From Yuukianura sp. NJ FZ-2021 (taxonomy: Eukaryota), in assembly GCA_046563655.1 (NCBI GenBank), contig CM102286.1:11904001-11968000 (forward strand): a stretch of 64,000 nucleotides of DNA. The letters are read 5' to 3'. Of this stretch, positions 1-14,802 are shown one piece after another. The position numbers and the translations under genes are program-made. How positions within the stretch are numbered: the stretch's first letter is position 1; every line of letters starts with the position of its first letter. The notes under the pieces are model-generated. The model worked only from the letters and a program-made list of their open reading frames with translations, had not been told where the DNA came from and searched no databases.

Positions 1-147
1 TCATTTTAATCTCTTAAAAAGTGAATCATCTGGAAATGCCTTAGGTCAATTCGAAACTTAAAACTATTTTAATAAATAAACATAAAAAACGTGGAAATAC
101 TGGTTCTGGTTTGGTAGCTGATTTTGACAAAAAGTTGACTTTTCTTT

Positions 148-2466
<2,319 letters not shown>

Positions 2467-5400
2467 TTACTTTGAATTACTGTAGAATCTTTACAAATAT
2501 GTTTCTGATTCTGAAAAACTTGATGTTTTGGATGAGCTTCTGTTCTGGCGCAAGTTCCGTCGTAGTTGAGAGTCTTTGAACAACTGAACTTGGACTGTGT
2601 TTGAACGGGGGAAGACTTCGGGATTCGGTGGGTTGTTTAAGATTCTTAGAAAAAGTTGACATGAAAATCTGTTCTTGCCATCGCAGTCTGTGCACAGGCG
2701 CAGGATGAAAAAGTGACTGAGGCGGAGAGTGTGAGGGATGGTTTGAACAGTGTGGGCCAATCACAGCCGAATTCTGTGTTCCCACCCTTGTTCAGAGTCT
2801 TTTGAACTGATCTGTTGTTCTATGGGGGTAGATTTCCCTAAATCTATTGTTTGCTTTCTAACTTCCCCTGATCTCTCTCCCCTTACTTCCAAAAACACCT
2901 TTCCCACTTCTCCTGTTTTTGGACAATCATAATATTGTAGCTTTGCTGAATAAACAATATGCTTTGGCCAAAATAAGTATAGGGTGAGCAGGAAAAAGTT
3001 TGTAGCAAAAACACTTTGGACAATGAAGGAAACAATTTTGAAATGAATGGCGACTTTCGGTTTATTTGTTCAAATTCACGTCCTGAAACCACATCCATAC
3101 AGCAAAAGCAATTTTTCCAAAACTGATATCAAAAAGCACCACCATCGAACTTTTTAAACTTCGAAATCTACTTCGCTCTACTAAAAAGGCGTTTAAAAAG
3201 TCAAACTTGATTTCAGAAAAATTGATATAGCATTCAGTACAGTTCAATGAACGCTGTGAAACGTGGAAGTCGCATTAGTCAATTCCGGAAGAAAGATGAT
3301 GACAGATACCCTATCGTTGTTGTACAAGTCAATTAAAGTAGGATTGTTTTTGGTAAATACAACTTTTCTGGTTTCTGGAGATTTGCACCACTGGAACTTT
3401 AAGCTGAGCAGAACATTTCTTGAAACGATTTATGACTCGACTTGAGAAGATTAAGCACAAACTGGATCCAACTGTTGGTATTCTGGAAGGATACACACTT
3501 AACTCTATACAATTCCAAAATTTAAAGCTTTGCACTTGCCGTTCAACATAAGGATTAGTGTCTTTCCTACTGTTTCACTTAAATTCTTGTCTAACATAAT
3601 TACAACACCATTTGGACAATTTACAAAGAGTCAAATTCTCCAGACCAAAGACCTAACGCTCATATATAAAAAAAAAGAAACAAATCAAACAGTTAAAATT
3701 ATTAAAAAACCAAAAATGACAAAAATATTGAAAAACAGTAAACTAACTTCACACAACCATTAATTAACTTGCCAAAAGTTGGAAAAAATAAGAAAAATAA
3801 AAGCAAAATATCATAAACGGCAACGACAAATTATATTTCAAGTCGATCTAATACTTAAGCATATAGTTTCTATTGATTAAAGAATTTTGCCGGAAATTTT
3901 ATAAATTTTTAATTAAAATTTTAGAAAAAATTTTTAGACAAAAAATTGTTGAAATGCAAGGACTGGCTGGTCGGCACGTCAAAACGGCTGGATTCTGGTG
4001 CCAGTAGACCAGCGATAGGTGTCTCATAGACTCTTATTTTGAAATACTTTAGAAAAAGGATACTTTGAAGATTTAGCAAAACAGAAGAAGATGAGCCTTG
4101 AAGACAGCGCTTTAACATCTTAAGCTCCCTCGTTAAGCCCGTCATTTTCAAGTGTCTGTTCCAAAAAAGGTGAGTAAAGCAAACCTTCTCAAATGGGAAA
4201 CCATGACAGTTTTGAGTCTCCCGCTGCAAGGATACCAGCTTAGGAGGCTGTCTCAGAACCTCAGCAGTTCTTTCCAAAAATGGAAAAGATTCGTATAGTG
4301 ATAGATCCTGAGCAAAGATAGAGCTAGAACTTGAACTGGCACTTCAAAAAGCGCCATTCTATTTGTAATTGGAGATTTTGTTTGTCTATTGTCAACGAGG
4401 TGTTGGGATTCACACCTTCAAGTGTACACAATAACTCCAAATCCTCCTAAACACTTTTACTTCCAAAATCCAACAAAATGGACGCCAACAGGAAAGGATC
4501 TTCAATTTCAATCGATCTTTTCAAAAAGTCCGCTTCTGAATAAAGTTTTAGGAGTATACCAGTTTCAAAATTTCGAAATTTCAAAAAAATATATACTGAA
4601 AGCAGTTTTTGTAGGGTTGTGATATTCCAAATTCTGAACCTTGTGTACATACTATTGATCGCTATCGATTAGGTGTCAAAGGAAAACCTAGAAAACAATG
4701 GAAGCCTTAATCCCTGTTTGCGCTCTTATTTCAAAATTTCGGTGTTCACAATTGTTAGGGTAGTTTTTTTTTTTGAAAATATAACAAATAGGCGGGTCAA
4801 AAATGCAACTGGAAGTTTTCGGACTATTATTACTGAGTTGCTATTGAACATATAGAACATAGTGTGTACAATCATCCACCAAAATAGTAATCGTAGTAAT
4901 CATGATGACAATCTATTGTTCCATTCCAACTTGGTGAAGGTGTGAAGAAGGGTGCGGGGCTTTTGTGAAATATGAATTCCTTCTACACAAAATGAAAATG
5001 AATTGGCCGTATGTGTTCGTACAGCTCGGACAATACAAAAAAGTTTTTGTACGCGGATGACGCTCTTTTTGAAATATGAATCCGCAAAAACATTTGCTCG
5101 AATTGTTCAATTGTTTGGAACAAAACAGTTCTACTGTGAAGGTTGTTCGAGAGGGTGCGTACTTTTCGGAAAAGAAAGAAAAAAAAGTGCTAACGTTGCA
5201 TACCCATTTCAAAAAGAAAAAAATGGAAAGACGCTGTCCATGTTTGTCTATAATTTCAAAATATTGTATTTCATGGTGTACATGGTCTCTTTTATTTATC
5301 ACTCCATATTTGATAGAGTAGAGTGCACAACGAATGTTATAAGAATCATGACAAGATGATGATGGGCTCGTTTCCTTATGTTAATGTCAATACCTAAAGT

Positions 5401-8400
5401 TACCATCTAAACTAATTTAATTGATTGGCTCTGTTACATCCATAAATGGAAGATACAACCAGAAAAAAAATTAGTAAAGGCGAGTCTGCCAAAATTCAAA
5501 CAAAAAATTTATTTCTTTTATAAACTTTCTAAATTCCGACACTTATGGGCGTCATCGTTGCCAACAAAATAAGAAACTCGGCAAAATTTAAAAATTCTCG
5601 CTGACTAACATTCGAACAAAATTTTTTTTATTAGCTTCACTAAAAATCCAAAAAATTCTGCAGTTTTGATTGTGAATTCAGGATTGAATTTATATGGGCA
5701 TCAAAAATTGTTTCTTCTTATTCCGAAATTCCGAAAACACAAACAATTTATCTTGTATCTAGCGTTCAAATAATTTTTTTTAGAATAAAAGTTGATCATC
5801 ACACGCATAGACATATTCGCTTTCTTCGTTTTTTCTTCTTCTTTTTTTTTTTTTTTGAAAATTTAACTTTTGACGAAAATTATGAACTTTTGGAACACAA
5901 TGCAGGGAGTAGCTGCTGTCAATTGACAAAATTTGACAGAAAAGCCGTAATTGAAGATGATTAAGGGAGAGTGGCAGTGACAGGGGTGTAGAGCAGTAAA
6001 CTTTGGAGTTCATTTATTTACAAATATGACACTTACACTGATCATAAACTGAGATACAATATTCTCACCATTGGCCTCACTAAATAGGCTCAATTGACCA
6101 CACGTGCAATTAAATTAACCAAATACCAGTTTCCCCCACTCACTTTTCTAAACTTATCAAGATACTGCCCAAGTATTTAAGTATTTTCGGAAACCGTGCG
6201 CATCCTTGAGCCCCGACTGCCGACTGCGGCGCAGGAAGTTGACCCCTGGCTTGATTGACCTCTGAAAGAAACTTTATAGTCCCGGAACGTGTCTGAATGA
6301 TGGGAAATGGGCTGTCCAAGACTAGATCTTGTGGAGGGGATAACAAAGGATAAGAGGGGGAACAATAGGATTTTGTGGTGGTGATTAGGGTAGTAAATGA
6401 AGAAGGGGGCACTTCATAAACTTTGCCTTTTGCATTTGTTCAACTATTAATCAGAGGAGTTGATCTGTGTAAAAGATTAAAAGATACCGAGAGCTGGAGG
6501 GAGTAACTATTAAATTTAATTGACGAAGTGGCCTTTGAGAACTCAGAAGCTCATAAGGCAAAGGCTCATCATTTAATTAAACTCAATCAGGAGCTAAATA
6601 AGGCTAAGGATAGGCCGCAATCTCAATTAAAACCAATCGCCACTCATCAACCACAATGAACGCTGAAGGGAGTAACTATAAAATTTTGCACTGTGGGCCA
6701 CTTTAAATCATAGATTTCGGAGATCAGACATTCACGTGTTGTAGTTATGTTTGGAAAAGTTAGTTGATTTAACAAGGCATGATTTAAATGCCCATTTAAC
6801 TTTATAGTTGAGGCGAAAATTGAAGTTGGAGTGGAACTGGAAGTGTTTTGGTTAGGCTTCCATTTTTCTATTTGAACAAAATGTCAAGCACTTTTGGTTC
6901 CAGCATTGATGTGTCCATTTGTCTGTTTTGAATTTTTCTAAACAACCACAGCCTGGCACAAACTGCTTGTTTAACCATTGCATTTGAGTCTGGTGTGACA
7001 CTTTTCGCTGAAAGTTGACAAAAAAGTTGACGCTTTCCTGATTCAAGATCATCTTTGTTTTGTAAAACTTTTCGTTCATCTTCAAGAAGTTGAAAGAATC
7101 AGCCTTGGGTTGAATGATTTTTTTTTTCAAAAGACAAATTTAATTCTAAAAACGTTCCACTTTATTCAAAAAAATTGCAATTAATCTCTGCGTTTCAGTC
7201 CGCGTTAAAACCCAAAGTTTTAGAAATAAACATATTTTACCAAAATTTAACTTAACGATTAGTATAAAGCTACCAACAATTTAACCAAAGTATTTAACAA
7301 TTCAATTTAATTAAAAACCACCTTAACCTAACCTTACTTTGTTATTATTGATTAAGCATACACTGTACAATATCGTCAAATCGTAAGAACTACGGGTGCA
7401 CTGAACTTAGTCAAACCAATTGGTTATTTTTTTCAAAAATAAAATTTTCTTTTAGTAGGAACTAATGCTCAACACACAAATTGAAAAGAATCTGTTTTTT
7501 TTATACCTTTCAAACCTAGCACCAAATAACGTGTTTCCAAAAAAGACAAAAAGAAATGCTGCCCTTGTTATAAAGAAGAGAGGCGCCAAACTTAACTTTT
7601 TTTCGGGGTTTGACGATGTGTACAAACTGAAGAAAGTGTGATGGACCAACTTTCTCTTTTGGGAAAAAAGAAAGGCGGGAAGAAATGAAGTTTGGAGATT
7701 CATGAACACGGCAAGCCGTGCAGAATTTTTTCCTTGTCTCAGCACTGCTCGTTATTATCGCTTATTACTTTAGGTTTGAAGAAGAAGCTTTCCTAGTAAC
7801 AAACAGCAAAGCGACAGTAGTAGCAGTGGGGGGAAAGGCGGGATTTGCTAATTGCATCAATCTCTTCAAAAGCACGGCCTGGAAAACTAACGCCTCTGCT
7901 TCAACGATTGACTTGGGAAATGACAATGGGAGAAAAAAATCTTTTAGAGAGTGGTGAAAGTACTAAGGTGAAGTACCCTATGGTTCCTATGGTGTGAAGT
8001 GTGTGATGATGATGAGTTTGGTAAAAGTGAGACTTTGTGCTCATGTGACACAAGTCTCTCCGTCCCTTGTTAGCAAATAATGACAATAACAATCCTCCAT
8101 TTTCCAAAATCAAAAGGTCCTTAAGGCCTCATCATTACTTTCTACTGGTTTTTTAACCCGCAACCGGCTTCTGTTGACTGACAATGGAAGGGATGACGCC
8201 CGTTATGCAACTTTTATTTTTGAAATTTTTATTTGTCAGATTTTCAAACCATAATGTCATAGCCAGAGGTCAAACACAATTAAATGAGACGAAACTTCGT
8301 TTTCCAATTTTTGGAAGAACAAAAGAAAAAGTCTTTCGATTTCCATTTGTTTTTAAAGTTTTGAAAATAGAGTGTTTGAAAAAGTTATCGCGTTTTAATG

Positions 8401-11400
8401 AAGCTTTCCCTCGAGGCCAAACTGACACCGATTTAAAAAGTTTTCTGAAGTTAAAAAATGTTCAAATGTGTTTCATAATCACCGCTCCTCGAATGCTCAA
8501 AATTTTAGAAAATTAAAAAAATATAAATAATCCAACTTTCATAATATTAATCAAATTAAGATTTCTTCTGGGAAAACAAAATAACGATCGTAGTACATCG
8601 AAACGCAAAAAAAAAAAAAATACAAAAGAGTACGTCGCAGAACTTTTTGAAAATGAAATACAATTATTGTAACAGATTTGTATAAGTTCGGTACAGAACC
8701 CGATTACTAATAAATACATATTAACTTATCGTTTTTAAAGTTTACTGAGATTTGAGCATAGAAAAGACGTCTTTCTTTTTTCAAAACGCATACGCGTCTG
8801 CTCAAAATCCTCAAACTGGCATCCACAGAAGATGAAATTGAAATAATGATTGTATTTTTCGTGACATGATTTCTGTGATGCGGAGAAAGGAAGTTAAGGG
8901 CAGCGTGCCTTGGTTTGGAATCGTAGGCTCAAGTACACTTGGGCCCTTAATAATCTTTGTATCTAATAATATGAGGTTACGCACATGAAGTACCCTCCTA
9001 ACCGCTCAAATGAAGTTCCCTTCTGCAGCGTCATGTTCAAACTGTCCCAGTGACGGGATCCCTCTGAGTTGCTTACGCAGTAACTCTCGGAAACAATAAT
9101 AATTCCTTTGTGGGCATTAATCCTGCCAAGGATGGATAATTCCTTGTGACGTGATCACCGCTTCATGTAAGACCTGGAAAGAGCCATGGTGTACATCGTG
9201 TAATTGCCAATCCCTTACAACAATGGAAATAAAAGAAAAATACTTTCTTTTCAATTCTTTCAAACAACTTGGCGTTGGCGGGGTTAATCAATCGAAACAT
9301 TTTAACGATTTGCTTTTTTTACGAACGACTCCGAGCAAACCACAGTTTACCAGTTTAACGTTCCACACGCCAGATTTTTTTTATACAATTTAAAATAATA
9401 ATTTCAACCCAAGGTAAATAGAATACTTATTCAAGTCTATCATACGGTAAGTTGTATGTAGTATTTGTAGTATTTAATGTAGTATTTGTAAGTAATATCC
9501 CATAAGTAATCTTATGATTGATTTCAACCAAACTTAGAATTTAATTTTAGAGCTCGGCATTTTTTGAAAATTTTGAAACTTTCGTATTTTTCTTACCAAA
9601 GTTTTCGAAATTTCACACAAAGTTGCACGACATAACAAAAGTCAACCAACTTTGCTGGTGTCAGCAAAAACAAGAGATAGCATTTGCAGTTAAACAAGCA
9701 GAAAGTTTGGAGAAAGTTGAGAGACAGGTTCAAATTAAGCAGAAAATCGTGCTGTGAACTTTTCAACTTTGCTGAATTTAGTGCAAATGTAAATTTTACG
9801 AGTTTTGAACAGCTTTCTCTACTTTGTTTTTAAAACCACAATCAACTTCAAAGTTTCATACGCTAAACTACGGCCTACCTCTACAGAAAAATGAACTTTA
9901 TGGAAGAATATAAAATCGGTGCATGTTAAAATGAAAAATCGGTTTTACACTTTATTCTCATGGGGTTGTCGTTGTCAGTGTGAAAGTGGGACAAAGGAAA
10001 AATGAGAGTGGATTTGAAGTATACTTTAAACGTGACTTTGTAGATTGATTAAACTTCATTCCTCCTGCCCCGCTCTTTACAAAACTTTTGCCAGAACAAT
10101 GCATTCACCATTTTTCACTGTTTCACATACAAACAATGGAAAATACGAGACTATGGTGTACAGATCATTGTTTCATTTTGAATCTGCCGCTCCCATATTT
10201 GCAGCGAGAAATATGCTGGTCCAGCATCACCGCATTCACAATATTGTTCCCTTCATGCGCCTCGTTAAGTACCCTCAAGCACAATGTTCCAGTTTTTTTA
10301 AGTAACGTATTGTCCTTTGCTCTGGAAATAAGACTGTATAACCTCTTGATCAAAACTAAAAGTTAACATTGCAAACCAAGCTCTTGCTGAAGTTGTGGCG
10401 GTAAATTCAAGAATGTGTTCTTCCCTGCTGCGGTTCCTGAACTTAAGGGTACCTACATACGGAGGACAACAGGACATTTTCAGTCGAGTACTTTCAAGTA
10501 CTTGTGGAGAAAAGAAGAAAGCATGGAGGGTAAAAGTTGCGTACAACTTGTACAGCACAACAGAAAAGGCAAATGCGTTCCACTAGAAGTCGAAAAAAAA
10601 GTTTTTCGAAAATCAAAGTTTGAAGTTTGCTGCCCAAACAATAATTTTTTTGAAAAGTTTCTTGAAGAGTACTTACAGAAGTCCTTCAAAAATAAATCTT
10701 TTTAGGATTTAACGCGTGCCGAAGCGGCGTGCTGTGTCGAACGCGACATTTTCGTAGTGATTTCTTTAGTTTCTATTTTCGAATTGAAAATTTCAGACTA
10801 ATCCTTAAAGTGGTGTAATGCCAAAACCTATGTGATGAAAATTGATTTTAAGAAAATTGATATTTTTTATTCCTAATTTTGAAATTTTTGAAAATTTGAA
10901 TTTTGAAAAATATTTTACAGATTAGTTAGTGAGTCTTGTCAAAAAGCTAAGTAGCTCTCTCAAACTATTTACAAATTAAGAAATAGAAGGTAAGAAGCCA
11001 AATCTGTATCACAAAGAAAGAGATCGAGTTGATAATTTATAGAACACTTTTCAACTTGTCAAAGACGTAAAGCGTGAATTGGAGATTCAAGATTAAGCAC
11101 AACGAATATATTAACAGTAAACGCCTCAGGCCACTTGTGCGAAATTCGAAAAAAAAAAGAATTTGGATACTTTAAAAAAAAATTCAAAAGGAAGCGTATA
11201 CTTCAATTGTAAAAATGAAATTCATGTCTTTAAATTTACTGAATTATTCGCTATGGTATTTTAAGTTTTTCCAAAAAAAAATCCAAAAATGAAATTTGTC
11301 GAAATGCAATGCAGCAAGTTTCAAACTATGTGCTAGCCAGTTTTATGCATCCGTTACTTTTTACTTAAAAGTTTGGACGGAGCATAAGATTTTCACCAAA

Positions 11401-13359
11401 TTTTAAGTTACAAACATAACGGAAACCCATTGTGTGAAATTTGCCAACCAACGTACTTTAAGTGTAATTAATAATATGGGCAAAAAGATTAACTTATTCT
11501 TTTAAACAGGCCAACATTGAAAGCTTACACACTTGTTGTCAGTGTTTCGAGTATTAGTTTTACACTTACTTATAAAGTACATTACGTTTGTTGAGTTGGC
11601 ACTTTTCCGACATTTGAAATCTTATTATTCCTTGCGGGTAATCTACAAAGAAATTTTTTAAACTGCGTGAACAGAACCTAATGTTAAAAGGGAAACCGAA
11701 GTCCATTTCATTGGCACGTACGTTCACGCCCCATAACATTAGGCCTTAACATATTAACGCTTATTAGCGTTAAAATTAAAAGTATGTTGAAGTTTAGTTA
11801 GTAAATACAGTCTGGATTCGTGTCGATGATCAGAATAATCTTCTTTCATATTTTTTATTTTCAATGCCTCTAATACGTTTAGAAGGAAGAGTACGTCAGT
11901 AATTAGGAAACAGTTCTGCTGTAATGAACATCAAATTCACGCCGAAACTAGGACAATTATTTTAGTTTAAGTGAAATAAAAAGTAATATCTGATTAAGTA
12001 TTTTTTATACAAAAAGTAGGAAATTAGGCAGTGGTAAACATAACATATAGTAAACATTTAATCCATCTTTCTATCGCCTCAAGCATATTGCACTGCCACG
12101 CCATTTGAAGATGCATTTCAAACATGCTTTTGGTCATACCCGTAACTGCCCCACTCCAATAACACAGTTTCCGTTTTTAAATTAAATTTTGCGGTTTCAA
12201 GTTTTCAATGTTTTGGCTTCTTTTATTGTTCAACGTTTTACCTCATTGAGACAAAAAAATATCCGCAAAAATCTCTAAAAACACAAAACCAAATGTAAAA
12301 AAAAAACAATAAAAACGTGGTTTCGACTTTCACTTAAATCGAAACGCGGCTTGATTTGAACAAAAAGAGTCAAGGTAAAAAAAAAAGTCGACGATGTTAA
12401 AGAAAACGGAAAAATTTAATTAAGTTTTTTTAACCTAAAATTGAAAACAGCATTTTGTAACGATTATAATAAAACGGGATCTTAAAAAAACGAGTCCAAC
12501 GAAAAATCTGAAAATCTTGAAAAAAATTTTGTGATTGTGATTTAAGAAAAATAAAATCTGACGAATACAATCGTAAAACCTTGAAGAATAAAAAATCCGA
12601 GCAATTGCGATCTTAAAATCTTGACGGAAACAAGACATTTGAGATTTATGTCTTAAGGAATTGGACTGAAAATGGAACGAAGAGTGGCCGGGACATTTTG
12701 AAATTCGTCATTTCGGAAAGTGTATCAAAAATCATGCGAAAGATGCACGCGAATAAGAAACGGTAGTTTAGGTCAGCAGTCCATGACCATAGTAGTTCCA
12801 TGACAGTTACTTAAAATGATCTTCAGTGTTCTTATGAAACCTAAATCTGCTAAAACTTAAGATGTTCATCGGCATGTCATGACTGGGTCATCTTCATGAC
12901 GACGGGTAATTGTGCGTTTACTGCGGATTCGAATGTCGGTATGCGCTTAGTCCTTGCTTTTTTGTCAGGAATCAAGCATTTGGATCTCAAGTAGCCTTCA
13001 GCTTTAAGTACGAATATTTTTTTGCCAGAAAATCAGTTAGTAATTCTCACTTTTAATGAGCAAAAGGAATCTCACTGAATCTTTTAAACGTACAAAAAGA
13101 GGAAAGACTGCACCAGCACAAACGATCTTGTTTTTAAGGGTGCTCGGCTGTTATAACTCCCATTTTTAAAGTTGGCGTCCGATAGAAAGCACATTCCAAG
13201 TTTGCAAAGTTTTTTAGTTCCGCAGTGCATTACGTTGAAATTTTGAAAATGGCTTCTCAAAAGTGGGAAGGTATTAGACGCTATCTAGAATTCCAAATAG
13301 TAAGTGAAAAGTAAAATTCGAATTTTTCGGAAAAGTTTGGTTTGAAAACCTGAACAACA

Positions 13360-14616
13360 ATGATTTGGCGAAACTACCTGCTAATTGACAACTGCTGTAT
13401 TTTTTTAATTATTGCCGAGGTAAGGAATCCGTTTAAAGGAACACCCAAACTAAAATATACCATTGTACTAAAATTATTATAAGATTTAATTCATGTTATT
13501 GGTAGGCAGTTATATCCACCAATCACTACTCACCACCAACTTCGTTCACAGGTAAGCCGCTGTTTACCAATTTTTTTAATTGTTGTACATAGTAGATTTT
13601 CAGTTAAAAAATAGTTATTGATTCAACAATGTTGACCGTTTGAACTTAAAATTAAGTTTAAACGACACAAATTAACCAAAATCTAGAATGAACTAAAACA
13701 GTGGTAAAGCATACTATTTTTTATAGCAGCAGTGCTAAAAAATCATCACAAAACACGAATTAAAACGCCAGTTTAGTGTTTTTCAGTTAAAATTAACGTG
13801 GGTGTAAAATATAAACAGCTTCAATTTTTGGAACGTGTTCAATTCACAAAAAATGTCAAAAAAGTCACATTTTAGTTCTACCATTCTTCTCCACTAACTA
13901 CGAGTTTTAGAATATTTTAGAAATATTTCAATAAGATTGGCAAAAAATTTTTTTTTACAGTTAGAGTCTCATATTACATTTACCTTTTTTTTTGTAAGTT
14001 GTGATTAATGTTTGATGTAAGCATTTTCCTGTGCAAAATTTAACTTTTAATTCTGGCAAACGAATGCCATCTGTGGATACTCTTGAAATTTGTGTTCCTA
14101 GATCAGTACAAAGTTGGATCTTCAGCATCACCTACCAAACTACACAGAGGGTTCAATGCCTCTACTTTCCAAAATTCCGTTCAGATGCCATCAGAGGTTC
14201 GTTGGAAGAAGCCCCAGTCGAAGCCAACGTTAACTGCCGAGTCGTACACTTCCAAAGTAGTGTCAAAGTATCCCAAGGTCAAAGCGAAAGTTCGGTACTC
14301 GATCCATCGGAACTCTAACTCCAGTACTTCATTCCAGAAAGACCACCAAAATGGTTCCAGGTCAAAACTTAAAAAAGTGAAATACGGAGTTGTGAAAAAA
14401 CGGGAAAGCAGTTTTATGGCTTCAGACTTCAAAAAGTTAGACGCTTTAGGAGAACCGCGTCTGCTGGTTATGACCACAATTGGAATAATTAATAGCATCA
14501 TTGCTATGGGAGCTGCGATGAGCATGGGCGGAGTCATCCTTACTGGATTGCTATTTATGGTTAAAATGGCCATAACTGGAATGCTCTTAACCATGGGCTG
14601 GATTTATGTCATCTAA
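13360..14616 (+). CDS. Putative uncharacterised secreted/membrane protein; 3 exons (13360-13419, 13506-13551, 14102-14616)
   Basis: MIWRNYLLIDNCCIFLIIAE|AVISTNHYSPPTSFT|DQYKV... joins in frame through strong GTAAG donors and AG acceptors. Hydrophobic N-terminus, basic Ser/Lys-rich middle, ~50-aa hydrophobic C-terminus. No family recognised. Confidence 0.6.
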
Positions 14617-14802
14617 ATGCACATCCAGAAAGAAGTCAAGAGGTCAAACTTTTGAATTTTATTTTGACATGCGTAAAACATATTTTTAACATCTAGGAAA
14701 GTATTCCTAAACCTACTTTCGAGATCATAATGAACAAATTAGCAGCAAACAAGAAATATACTGAATTATTTAAAACAATATTATTAAATTATATTCAATT
14801 AT

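Noticed and set aside
3240..5360. Protein-like fragments upstream of FoxG
   Set aside because: I could not build a stop-free spliced model or recognise a domain. They may be decayed gene or TE remnants and need a translated search.
10045..10705. Cluster of short overlapping ORFs on both strands
   Set aside because: No consistent exon chain or recognisable motif.
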